From NCBI GenBank assembly GCA_977017645.1, contig OZ360237.1:8742001-8806000 (forward strand): 64,000 nt of DNA, in the 5' to 3' direction. Made by a program: the position numbers and the translations under genes. Source of the DNA: Torpedo marmorata. Taxonomy: Eukaryota. A model generated the notes under the pieces. The model did not search any database and was not told the origin of the DNA. It was given only the letters and a program-made list of their open reading frames with translations. This document shows positions 37,031-49,485 of this stretch, piece after piece. The stretch's first letter is position 1, and each line of letters begins with the position of its first letter.

Positions 37031-37644
37031 TCTTCACTCCACCATCTTCGAGGTGTATGTTCTCCCTATTGCAAGTATGTGCAAAATTAAGTTGTTAAAA
37101 TCTCCATTAAAACGTAAAATGGTTCAATCCACACTGAACTAAATAAAGCTCTAATCCTAAATTTATCTAATTAATATACTGCAGGTATTTACTGCTCCAC
37201 TGTATTAGCCATGATCCTGACCTTATCCAATTAACATGCCACTTATCTGGCCTATCAACCCTGAGCTTGCATTGATCTAATTAATGATAAACTATCATTG
37301 CTGCTGAACCTCGTCAGATCACTTAAAAGTACTGGTATGACTTCTTCAGTTTATCAATCTTAGGTTTGAACTTGTCCTGGTTAAACTAAAGTGCCTCACA
37401 AGTATGTACGTTTCTGGTTGTTTATCCTGGACTTGACCTGTCAGCAATCAATGTTCTAAATCTAATTTAATTACAACATTAAAACTTAACATCATTCAAA
37501 ATTTATAGAAAACAGAGCGTATGAAAACCAAGCCAACACTCTGCAAGAAGGTGGATATTTTCTCAATGTTCATACTTGATTTGTTCTAAGCATATCAGTA
37601 AATTCAATCGAGGTGATAATTTTCTATTTCTTGTCAAATGTCTT

Positions 37645-37893
37645 AATGAGGAAGAACTGCTTTTTACTAGAGAGTAGTGAACCTATGGAATTCTCTGTCC
37701 AAGGAAGCAGTAGAGGATACTTCATTAAATATATTTACGACACTGTTTGATAGATTTTTGCATAGTAAGGGAATTAAGGGTTATGGGGAAAAGGTAGATA
37801 AATGGAGTTGAGTCCGCAGCCAGATCAGGCATGATCTTATTAAATGGTGGAGCAGATTCAATGGCCAGATAACCTCCTCCTGCTTCTATTTCT
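37645..37893 (+). mobile_element. CR1-type LINE 3' end, host of the L1 insertion; resumes at 40470-40498
   Basis: Encodes RVVNLWNSLSKEAVE-like peptide; tail cagatcaggcatgatcttattaaatggtggagcag...cctcctgcttctatttct[L1]aatgttcttatg. Confidence 0.78.
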
Positions 37894-40469
37894 TTTTTTA
37901 AAAATATTTTATTTAAAATTTTAAATCACAAAATACATAGAATAAAATATAAAATTATCAAAAATACTTGTGATACATTTTCACCCCCCCTCCCACCCTC
38001 CCCTCCCCAACCCTCCCAACCCCACTAATCTAATAAAATAATTTAAAAAAAGAAAGAAATAGAAAAGAAAAAGATAAGGTAAGGAGAATGTCAATCTAAT
38101 AAATACATCTATAAACTAATTCTATTATGGAGGTTAGGTAGCCAGTAGATCCAATGTCCAGAGATCTTCAAATCCTTAAGCCAACAGCTTTCATATAAGG
38201 GCTCCATATTTTTAAAAAGAAATTATATTTATTCCGTAAGTTATAAGTAATTTTTTCAGGTGGTATACATGAACGAAGATCTGCATGCGATCTTTCTAAC
38301 CCTAAATCAACAACAGATTTCCAAGTAATAGCAATGCATTTCTTTGAAACAGCTAAAGCAATTCGCAAAAATTCTATTTGATACATACCGTATATTTCGG
38401 CGTATAGGTCGACCGGCAGATAAGTCGACCCCCCTTTTTCAGCCTCATTTTAATGGTTTTATGGTATATCCGGCGTATAAGTCGACCCCCAAAAATCGCG
38501 ATGCCTGAGATGTTGCGCATTTACCGGCGTATAAGTCGACCCCCAATTTTCAGGCTGTCTGGGCCTCCCAGCAACAACCCACAATTTGTTACAACATCCC
38601 AATCGCCAAGTAACAAAGCTGTAAATTAAGTAAGTTTAAAAAAACAGTAAAAAAAAACCTTTGCTTCTGGCCGGGAAGATGCAGGTGCGGCGACGTCTTT
38701 CTCCTGAGCAGTAGCAGGGAGCTCGTTCTCCCGAGCAGGAGCGGGGACGTCTTTCTCCCGGGTAGGAGCGGGGAGCTCGTTCTCCTGGGTAGGAGCGGGG
38801 AGCTCGTTCTCCTGGGTAGGAGCGGGGACCTCGGGCTCTACAATTGTAGAATGTCTGGGTGGTTTATGGCGGCGCCCGGCGGTGGGGAGGTGTCGTGGAG
38901 CGGCGGCACCGGCGGTGGGGAGGCGCTTCCAGGGTCGACCTATACGCCGAATCGTGTTTTCAGGGGTCGACTTATACGCCGAATCGGCGTGAACTCGATT
39001 TTGAGCTGATTTTAAGGTCTCAAAAGTATATCCGGCGTATAAGTCGACCCCCGTTTTTTGAGACATTTTTGAGGGTTTCAAGGGTCGACTTATACACCGA
39101 AATATACGGTATTTAATTTCATATTAATACTAAATTTTTTAATATCTCCAAACAAAAATATCATAAGATCCATCGGGAATATAATCTTAAATACTTTATC
39201 TAAAAATTTTTTAACTTTGAACCAAAAATCGTAGACTTTTGGACAAAACCATGTAGAATGTACAAAAGAACCTTCCTCTTTATTACATCTGAAACATAAA
39301 CCTGATAATGTTGGGTTAAATTTCTTTAATTTTTTAGGTGTTAAATATAATTGATGAAAAAAATTGTATTGTACTAATCTATATCTAACATTAATAATCT
39401 TCGTCATACTTAATTTACATAATTCTTTCCAATGATTTTCATCTATTGTTATGTTCAAATCTAATTCCCATTTTAATCTTGATTTATGAATTCCTACTTT
39501 AGGAATTTTCCTCTGAAACAATTTATACATTTGAGAAATAAATTTCTTTACATCTCCTTTAGTAACTAATAATTCTAATTCATTCTGTCTTGGTAAAATC
39601 AAAGCATAACCTAATTTCTAAATCAGTAAAGCTCTAATTTGATAATAAGCAAAAATTGTATTATCTAATATATTAAATTTATCTTTCATTCTTTGAAAAG
39701 TAATAAATTTCACAGCTTCAAAACAATCATTTATTTTCTTAATTCCTTTTTGAAACCAAATTTTAAATAATTGATTATTAATAGTAAATGGAATAAGTCC
39801 ATTTTGATATAAAGGCATCCTTGAAGAAATCAATCCTTTTCCTCCTATTTCCTTATCCGTCTTATTCCATATTTCCAACAAATGTTTAAGAATAGGAGAT
39901 TTTTTCTTTCTTGTTGATATTAATTTTGAATCCCATTTATAAATAACTTCTTCTTTGAAATCTTCTCCTATATTATTTAGTTCTATTTTAATCCAAGCAG
40001 AAGATTTAGTTGAATCAAAAAATTCATTAACAAATTTTAATTGAGCTGCTTTGTAATAATTTTGGAAATTAGGAAGTTGTAAACCACCCATTTCATAATT
40101 CCAAGTTAATTTTTCCATACCTACTCTTGCTAACTTTCCTTTCCATAAAAATTTTCTAATAACTGAATTTAAATCTTTAAAAAAATTTTGAGGAACTTCA
40201 TAAGGAATTGATTGGAAAAGATATTGAATTCTTGGAAAAATATTCATTTTAATACAATTTACCCTTCCCATTAAAGTTATAGGTAAATCTTACCAATTTT
40301 CTAAATCCTTTTTTATTTTCACAAATAATGGTAAATAATTTAATTTATATAAATTATCCAATTTTGTATCAATCTTTATTCCCAAATATTTAATTCCTTC
40401 TTTTGCCCATTTAAATTGTGTAATTTCTTTACACTTACTATAATCCCCTTGTGATAATGCCATAATTTT
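37894..40469 (-). mobile_element. 5'-truncated L1-clade LINE (end of RT + Cys-rich C-terminus + 3' UTR) with 16-bp TSD
   Basis: IKYLGI, GRVNCIKMNIFPRIQYLFQ, GGLQLPNF, CFRC...HSTWFC, EKITY motifs in ORFs 40290..40532, 39618..40271, 39090..39602 and 38168..38386; TSD tcctgcttctatttct at 37878-37893 and 40470-40485. Confidence 0.93.
38388..39109. mobile_element. Non-autonomous Tc1/mariner-superfamily (Tc2/pogo-like) element, 722 bp, TA TSD
   Basis: ta|ccgtatatttcggcgtataggtcgacc ... ggtcgacttatacaccgaaatatacgg|ta (27-bp TIRs, 2 mismatches). Internal copies of cggcgtataagtcgacc in both orientations and a 30-bp tandem repeat at about 38690-38835. Confidence 0.92.
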
Positions 40470-40917
40470 TCCTGCTTCTATTTCTAATGTTCTTATGTAA
40501 ATCAGTTTTCTTTTAATGTCATTCAATAGCATGGAATAAAAAAAAAGAATAAATAGAGCAAAACTCTACTTTCATGTGCATGGAAGAGCTCAAAGTCTTT
40601 TAAAGTAATATCTTTAAATTTCATAAACAGGGAAGAATAAGTTCTGATGAAGGGTTTATAATCTGCTTTCCATCCTTAACTCTCATTCAGCCCAAAATAA
40701 TCACCCTCTAGGAGTTAGCTTCAGGAGTTGCATTCACCTGTAATTGAGTGAATGGAAGTTGGTTGTTTTACGAAATGACTGTGGCCAAAAATATTTTGGT
40801 AATTACATTTTAAAATGGACATTTTAATATAATTACCAGATAATCAAAAAATTAGAATAACTGACATTATCAAATGTATTAATTTTATATTTTACAATGT
40901 GGGCGTGGGCTGAAAGA

Positions 40918-41760
40918 GGAGTGGGCTGAAAGATGGCAGATGGAGTTTAATGCTGATAAGTGTGAGGTGCTTCATTTTGGAAAGAATAATCAAAGCAAGA
41001 CATACGTAGTAAATGGGAGGGCATTGAAGAATGCAGTGGAGCAGAAAGATCTAGGAATAACGGTGCATTGTTCCCTAAAGGTACGATCGCATGTGGATAG
41101 GGTGGTGAAGAAAACCTTTAGTATGCTTGCCTATATAAATCAATGCATAGAATATAGGAGTTGGGAAGTGATGATGAAACTGTACAAGGCATTGGTGAGG
41201 CCAAATTTGGAGTATTGTGTGCAGTTCTGGTCACCGAATAAAAGGAAGGATATCAACAAAATAGAGAGAGTGCAGAGAAGATTTACAAGAATGTTGCCTG
41301 GGTTTCAGCATCTGGAATACAAAGAAAGATTGAAAAAATTATGTCTTTATTCGTTGGAACGTAGAAGGCTGAGAGGAGATTTGATAGAGGTATTTAAGAT
41401 TATGAGGGGGATAGATAGAGTTGATGTGGATAGACCTTTTCCATTGAGAATAGGAGAGATGGATACAAGAGGTCATGGATTGAGAGTTGATGGGAAAAGA
41501 TTCAGGAGTAACATGAGGGGGAACTTCTTTACTCAGAGAGTGGTTGATGTGTGGAATGGGCTTCCGGGAGAGGTGGTGGAGGCAGGGTCAATTCTGTCAT
41601 TTAAGGAAAGATTGGATAGGTATATGGATGGGAGGGGAACGGAGGGATATGGGAAGGGTGCTGGTAGGTGGGATTAGAGGAGGGTTCTTGGATCGGTGTG
41701 GACTAGAAGGGCCGAACTGGCCTGTTTCCGTGCTGTAGTTGTTATATGGTTATATGGTTA
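40918..41760 (+). mobile_element. CR1 (HER1-like) LINE 3' portion with open C-terminal ORF and (GTTATATG)n tail
   Basis: 245-aa ORF 40940..41677 (WQMEFNADKCEVLHFG, LYKALVRPNLEYCVQFWSP, LERRRLRGDLIEVFKI, FFTQRVVDVWNGLP); tail gttatatggttatatggtta. Confidence 0.94.
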
Positions 41761-43724
41761 ATGTAGGCAATCCTGTATTACAGCCATATGGGTAACAGAA
41801 ATTCACAAATCATTACCCAAAATTTGAGATGCAGAATAAAATTTGCTCTCACAATTAGTATTATATCTTGAAGATTTTACTGTAGTTGATGACTTGATAA
41901 AAATATTCATATCAATGTACTTCCATGAAAAATACAGGACAAAAATCATGGTGCACTGTGCTTCTTAATGCCCCCGTTCCTCCCTATCTTGGCACTGCTT
42001 CCAGTACTACAATTTTGCAAGAAATGTGAATCCTTCCATGTCTGACATCCCTATTTTACTTCATCCCATCAAGGGTGGTTGTTCTTTCTGTTGCATAAGC
42101 TCTGAACTTTTGCTTTGTGAATCTTTCAATTTTTAAACTTTCTTGTAAGGTGTTCATTAAAATCTACCTCTTTAGCTAAATTGTTTGACCTTCTATTTTA
42201 ACTTGGTGTCATACTTAGTCTGAGAACCTATAGTAAGAAGAAGCCCTAACTGCTTTGTAAGCACTTATCAAGTTTTGTACTTAGATGATGACCTTGCAGA
42301 GCATTGAAGTATGCCATCTTGGCACTTCACAGCTGCACACATGCCATCCACGAAGTCACAGTCGGGCAGAGTCCTAACACCGGAGGCTGATACATATGTT
42401 GATTTTTATTTTATTTTTATGACATTAATCCTATTTGCCAGCTGTTCCCCCAGCTGCTATTCTCCAGCTCAGAGGAGATTGGAGTGATTGAAAAGGGGAC
42501 AGCTAGGGTTAAGACTTACAGCCTTTTTTTTCCCATTCTACTTGCAGCCAACTCGTAAAAAAAAGAGTTCCTATAGGACTTCAGGTCCAGTTTATTTGAG
42601 ACATCCAGACACCCACTGATTACATAGAGTCCCTGTTTAGATTGAGTTTTAAACAGGAGCATTGATTCACTAACTCTTCCAATGCCAAGATTCTTGTTCA
42701 AAGGACATTAATCATAGATCTGAAAGGAATTGTTTTGAGTACCTTTAATGATTGTTTAGTTTAGTTTGACTGCATGGACACTATGATTTCATCAAACTTT
42801 TTATCCTGATATAACATTATAAAGCATAGAAAGTTTGAGTCCTGTTGTTTTCAATTCACATCCATGCTAAATAGCAATTTGTAAATATGGTGAAAGAAAT
42901 GCCTTCAAAATATTGTTCAAATACTATGATATATCTATTATATTTTATGCCTGACAAATACTAAGATAATTGCACATTGAAATGCAAAAAAAAAATAGGT
43001 TCAAAAATAGCACTATGTCTTTTGGTTATTAGAGACACAGTTTTGGAAATAGCTAACATAGTTTTAAGGAATGAAATATCCTTAAGCTTATAAACATAAG
43101 TGAACATGTCATCGTGGTCAACACTCATATAGACAGCAACAACAGCAAAGCACAATAGGATTAGCACCTGTGAGAAATGAAAATCTGACACTAAGTCTGT
43201 TTAGTGGAGTATATGGATTTAAATTAACCTTGGCTGCTTAAAAGAATTGATTCTGAAACCAACTATTTGGCATTAGCCCTGGTCCTGCTGAATTAATGGA
43301 GATCCAGATGGTTAGCACAGCAAGTTCTGCAACTAATGCTTTAGGAGTAAGTTATTGCCTGAAAACTCCAAATTCCATGCACATGTGGTTAAAGGGGAGA
43401 ATGTAACATACAAGAAAAATAAAACTTTATGGTACATATCATATTGTTAAAGTAAATCTTTGTGACACAGACTAAAGGTTCAATAAATTCCTACAATATT
43501 ATTCCTACAATAACACATTAAGACCTCAGGAAGCTTATAGAGGATGTGTGCCCTAATAGAACGAGTCATTGCCAAAATCAAACTTCACTAATGCCTGAGA
43601 TCTAAAGCCTCCAGTAGTATTGAATCACCATAGCATGCTTTTCTCTATGTGTTGTTCAAAGTGTGAAGCAAAGCTGAGAATGTTTGAAAGGTCAGGGTGA
43701 AAGAAATTTGACATTTGGGGTTGA

Positions 43725-44573
43725 ACTGGAGCTGGAGAAAAAAAAAAATGGCGGCGCTGCCAGAGCTGCTGTAACGGTGTGGCCCCGCGGAGAGTGGGGA
43801 GCGGAGACACTGCGCTCCCGCGGGGTCAAACTGCCCAGTTCGACTGCCGTCAGCTCCGTACAGGCTTTGAAGGAGCCGACGGTAGTTTTATTTAAAATCC
43901 CGCGACCGTGGGGTCTGGACCCAAGATGGCGGTGCCTATGATTGGCAGCAACCACGAGGGGTTGCAGACTCCAGGGAAGCTGAGTACTGGCGCAGGGATC
44001 CAGAAAACGGGGAAAATACCCCCCGTCTGAGAAGGAGAAGCAGAGGAGATGACCCACGGGACGGTGACCACGGCGGCGGACCAGTGAGGGGTTCTGCGGC
44101 TGAAGGACCCACACAGGTGGCGGGCTGCTGGTGACTCGAGGTGAGGAACCCACGGAGGCTGCGGGCTGCTGGTGACTGCTGTCTAGGGACTCGCACCAGG
44201 CTGCAGACTGCTGGAGACTGACTCGAAACTGGCTGATGGGGTACTAGGTATCAGAACTAGGATGCGAGAGAGTGCCGAGGGCGTTGAAGGTTTCCTAACG
44301 GTATCAGAGTTTCGAATCTGGAGCTCGGGTTGCCAATGGTTTGGACTGGACTCTGTGTGGCTGCGGAAGCACTGGAGGCGAATCCACGGATACTCGGTGA
44401 CTCTGGGGGGGACTCACTTTTGCTTCTCTTTCTCTGACTGTAAGGAATGTTAGAGGCGCTTCAGGCAATTTCTGCCGATGGTGAATCTGTCTGCCTTACA
44501 GCAGGCAAAGGGAATTTCGTGTAATATGACACTGTTTTTATTACATGACAATAAATTGAATCTTGAATCTTGA
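43725..44573 (+). mobile_element. CpG-rich non-coding retroposon-like element with Rex1-type 3' tail
   Basis: GC-rich island in an AT-rich intron; ends gaatttcgtg...catgacaataaattgaatcttgaatcttga, like the Rex1 tails at 36053-36102; no RT or EN motifs seen. The 5' boundary is approximate. Confidence 0.6.
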
Positions 44574-44729
44574 GATTTGCTATATCTGCATATGGCTGGA
44601 CACTGTAGGTCTTTTAGGGTGGAAAAGGAATCAAGGAATTGAAAGTACCTTGGGGAGTCAGAGGTTGGATAAATGGGGAGGGAAGTTGGATGTCAGAACT
44701 GAGACGTTTATTGGAGAGTTTGGAGGCTG

Positions 44730-45812
44730 AATCATAGAATTGTATAGCATGGAAAGAGGCTTGTTCATGCTGAATGGTGGATAATCTGTATTAATTCCAT
44801 TAGCCAGCATTTGGTCGATAACCCTCTGCCTATGTGATTGAAGTGCTTATCTAGACTCTTCTTCAATGCTGTTGGTGACCCAGCTTCACGCTCTTTCTCA
44901 GACAGTGCATTTCCGGTAGAGCCATAGAGCTATGTAACATGGAAACAGATCTTGCGGCTCAACTCATCCAGAGTGATTAAGTAGTCTATCAACCAAGTCC
45001 CACTTACCAGTCCTTGCCCCATATCCCTCTTACCCTTTCATATCTAAATACTTGTCCATATGTCTTTTAAGTGTCATAATTGTAGCTGCCTATACCAGTT
45101 TCTCTGGCAGCTTATTTTATTTAGGCACCAAATTCTGTGTGGAAAAAGTTGCCCATTGGGTTGCTTTCAAATCTTGCCCCTCTCATCTTAAACCTATACC
45201 CTCTCGTTTTAGACACTCCTACCTTGGGGAAAAGATTGTGACTATTTATCCTATCGATACCCCTCACAATTTTGTGCAGCTCTCTAGGGTCATCCTCAAC
45301 CTCTGATGCTCCAGGGATGAAGTCCCAGCCTATCCTGCCTCTTCCTATAGCTCAAGCCCACCACTCCTGGTGACATCTTTGTAAATGTTTCTGCACCTTT
45401 CTTGTTTAATGACACACTTACTATAACTAGGCAACCAGAACTGCACACAGTTTTCCAAATGTTGCCCTTCCAATTGTAACATGATGTCCCAACTTCTGAA
45501 CTCAGTACCCTGAAGGATGAAGACAAGCATGGCAATGTCTTCTTCACCACCCTGTATACTTGTATCGCCACCTTCAAGTAAATATGTAACTGTAACCCTA
45601 GGTCTCTCTGTTCTACCACACTCATCATGGCCCTATAATTTACTCTGTAACTGCTGCCCTGATTTGACTTACCAAAATGCAGCACATGGCACTTATCCAA
45701 ATCAAACCCCACCTACCATTCCTTGACTCTGTTGATTAAAGTACCATTGTAATCTTGGAAAACCTTCCTCATTCTCAATTACACCACCAATTTTAGTGTC
45801 ATTTGCAAACTG
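44730..45812 (-). mobile_element. Degenerate CR1-type LINE 3' fragments (two stacked tails)
   Basis: Remnants DKCHVLHFGKSNQG and LENCVQFWLP; CR1-type tails near 44733 and 44923. Confidence 0.78.
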
Positions 45813-45999
45813 ACTTACTCTTTGATTATTAGTTCTAACATCTTGTTAAAAATAGATATCAACTAACTGTTAAGTCCCAGTCTTGGTGCAGCCTGTTAGG
45901 TCCCAGTCTTGGGTGCTGGCTGTTAGTTCCCAACAATTTATTCACCTTTAGCCCGTGAGTTTCTCTAATAGTTTCTCTCTTGTGATTGAGACTTTTACA

Positions 46000-47200
46000 A
46001 TTTCCTTCATCTGAAATGAGCTTATCTATTATCTTAGGGATATTTAGTGTACTCCATGGTGAAGACTGATCAAAACAATCGATTCAACATATGTTTCTGT
46101 TTCACGTTATTAATTTGCCCGCCCGCCTCTTTCTCAAGCAGTTCCACACTTTCTTTAGCTTGTTCCTATTTATACATCCATAGAAACTCTTTCTGTTTGT
46201 TTTGATATCATACGACATTTTCTCTCAAGACCAATTTTCTCCATTCACATGAAATTTTGAGTCTTTTCTTGCCAGATCATAAAGCTTCCCATTCCTCTGG
46301 CTAACCACTGGTTCTTGCTACTTTGTATGCCTGACTTTTCAATTTGACATTATCCTTGACCTCCTTTGTTAACCTTGGTTCATTCTTCTTTCTTCTGGAA
46401 TCCCTCTTTCTAATTAGGATAAATTCCTGCTGTGTGTTATGGACCAGATGTTGAATATCTACCCCTGTTAATTTACTGACCTGTCTCTTAGCTTTTCTTT
46501 CCAGTCTACCTTAGACAACACCACCTTCATACAATTTGAAATGCCCATATTTAAGTTAAAGATAGTAGTTTAGGTCCTGTAATATCCACCCTCAAAATGC
46601 ATCTAGAATTCTAAAATATTGTGGTCACTACCTCTTGAGAGATCTTTAACCACAAGATCTCTTATTAATACTTCTTCATTACTTGTGACCAAGTCTAACA
46701 TAGCCTGCTCCTGGGTAGATTCCGAAAAAAAACTGTTCCAAGAAGCAATCCATGATGCACTCCACAAATTCTTCTTCTGTGATTGTCTTGCCAGTTTGAT
46801 TTGTTCTTTCAATACATAGATTAACATCTCCCCTGACAATTATAGTTCTCTTCAATCATGCCCTGTTTTCCCATTTTTCCTCTGCCTTTTCAAGAAGTGA
46901 CATTTTTGGGGCCTATGGACTACTTCCACTCTATTTTCTATCCCCTGTTGTTCTTGATTCAACCAAGACTGATTCTACATTACTATCCACTGCCTCTGTA
47001 ATATAACTCAGCATTGCTCTGTTACCTTCCTTGATTACCCCATCTCCTTTTGGAACATCCTATAATCTGGAATATTGATCACCCAGTCCTTGTCACCTTG
47101 CAACCATATCTCCTTGACATCTATGTGGTCAGATTCATTATTGCTATCTGTGCTGTCAACTCATCTATCTTGTTGCAAATGCTATGTGATAAGTTTTGAT
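46000..47200 (-). mobile_element. Highly degenerate CR1-type LINE endonuclease/linker region
   Basis: AMLDLVTSNEEVLIRDLVVKD...GSDHNILEF and SICNKIDELTAQI remnants. Confidence 0.68.
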
Positions 47201-48497
47201 ACTTTACAGATTTTACTAACTCTGAATTTATCCTATGCTGTATACTCTTGTTAACATTTTCTGCCCCAATCTGAGATTGTAGAATAGGTCCACTATTGCC
47301 AATCCCAAGTATGTTCCAATTTCCATCTAAATTTATTACAATATATTTAATCATATAAAAATACATAAGTAGCTGACGCCAAAGGAATTTTCTCATGCTC
47401 ACAACATTTTTAAGTATGATAGTTGAACTTTCAACTCAAATGTTCATTATTCATTCAAATTAGACGTTGTATACTCCAATTTAACTGAAGGAAGGATTGC
47501 AATTTTTTTAAGGTGATAGTTATTTAAAGTATAAAGAAAGCATGAAACAAGAATGGGTCATTCCGTTCCTTCTGCTTGGTTTATCATTTCAGTTTGACCG
47601 TTGCTGGTCTGTATCTCATCCCTTTAGCTCCATGTTCCTTGATCCCTTTGTGCAACAAAACCTTTAACCTTGTTTTCGAACGTCAATTTTCATAAGTACG
47701 CCAACCTTTTCAGGAGGGAAAATTTCACATTTTCTACCTTTAGTGGGAAGAAATGCTTCCCAATTCCAGATCTAAATGGCCTCTCTCTAATTCTAGTATC
47801 TATTCTCAGTTGTGATTCACTAACAGAAGAGTTAATTTTATTTTATCTGTTCCACCGAATCATTCTCACATTTTAAACACCACCATTAGATCTTCCTTTG
47901 ACCTATTAAACTCAACACAATACAACCTGTTTACATAGGTCAGCTATGGTACCAAATTAATAACATGAATTTTGCTTATAATCCTCTGCGAACACAACAT
48001 TTCACTCAAGATGTATCATTCCTAAACTTGTGTGTATAAATTTGCTCTCTCCTTTTCATTAAATTCTTTTGGTGAAAAATAAGCCAAAAATGTCCAAAAC
48101 GTTTCCAAAATGCAGCATTGTGGTGCAGCAGTCACTGGTGTTGGTACACAGTTGCAGCGACCTCAGATGCTATCTTTATGGAGATTGCAGATTCTCCCTG
48201 GATGGTGTGGGTTTCTTCCAGGTGTTCTGTTTTCCTCTCATATTTCACAGGTGTGCTGACATCAGGGAAGAATTGATGGCATGTGCTAAAAGATTGGTTA
48301 CAGGAAATTTGGACTGGTGGGAATGCTCTGAGAATTATTGTTGACTCAACAGACCAAATAGCATCCTTCAATATTCGAGGACCCATGGATTTTCTGCAGA
48401 AAGCAGGCTTGCTGGTTGCAAACAATTTGCCACAAGCAAATCTATCAGCATACAATCAGTTGATCTTCTTTCTGATCTTTCTGAACTGATCTTCTTA

Positions 48498-48726
48498 GGT
48501 TAGCATAGCGGTTAGCACAACGCTGTTACAGTGCCAGCGATCGGGACCGGGGTTCGAATACCGCGCTGTCTGTAAGGAGTTTGTAAGTTCTCCCCGTGTC
48601 TGCGTGGGTTTTCCCTGGGGTCTCTGTTTTCCTCCCACCGTTCAAAACATACTGGGGGTGTAGGTCAATTGGGTGTAATTGGGCGGCACGGCTCGTGGGC
48701 CGAAATGGCCTGTTACGTATGTCTAA
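48498..48726 (+). mobile_element. V-SINE (HE1-like)
   Basis: Closely similar to 22463-22704, with B-box ggttcgaatac and a small 3' deletion. Confidence 0.9.
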
Positions 48727-49238
48727 GTTTATAAAAATTCTTTACCCTCCAGAAACTAATGAAAAAGAAAATATTCATGTACACAATGAATCTATTAAAA
48801 TATTTTGGTTACTGTGGCATTGTAGAAAATATGAAACCCATTTTATGCATTACAAATTCCCCCAAACCACAAGGTAATAATGATAATATAATCTGCATTT
48901 TAGTAATGTTGCATGAAGAATAAACACAGGTGATAATTGCACTATTGAATCTACACCAAATAAAATTGCTTCTAAAATTATTGCATTATTATGGTAATAT
49001 TAGTATGTAACCTGAAATGCACTTACAGAGTGTGTTATTTCCTGCTTTATTTCCAAAGGAAATTCATTTTTAAAATTATGTTCCTTATTATCTTGATTCA
49101 CTTTTCATTATTAATCTGTACTATCTTTTGAGTTAGGAATGAGTTTCTAAATATTTAATCTTTTCTCCAATAAAAGCTCCATATTATTTTGGAATTTTTC
49201 TGGAGATTTTTTTTTTTGCTGAGATTTAAAAAAAAAAA

Positions 49239-49485
49239 TTTAGACATACAGCACGGTAACAGGCCCTTTCGGCCCATGAGCCCGTGCTGCCCAATTATAC
49301 TCAATTGACCTACAACCCCCTGTGCATTTTGAATGGTGGGAGGAAACCGGATCACCTGGAGGAAACCCACACAGACACGGGGAGAACATCCAAACACCTT
49401 ACAGGCAGCCTGGGATTCGAAACCCAGTCCCGATCACTGATGCTGTAACTGCATTGCGCTAACTGCTACGCTAACCATCCTGCCC
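49239..49485 (-). mobile_element. V-SINE (HE1-like)
   Basis: Reverse complement of the same family, from the tail (agacatacagcacggtaacaggcc) to the tRNA-like head. Confidence 0.9.

Noticed and set aside
38626-39081. 151-aa ORF with ENELPAPTQ repeats
   Set aside because: It lies within the non-autonomous MITE; the repeats come from its 30-bp array and there are no transposase motifs.
40574-40600. Possible next SOX6 exon (tgcatggaagagctc, CMEEL)
   Set aside because: Does not continue as KLLSKDWKEK and has no suitable acceptor.
43684-44453. GC-rich ORFs (85-153 aa) as host exons or a gene
   Set aside because: Low-complexity translations without recognisable domains; long ORFs are expected in stop-poor GC-rich sequence.
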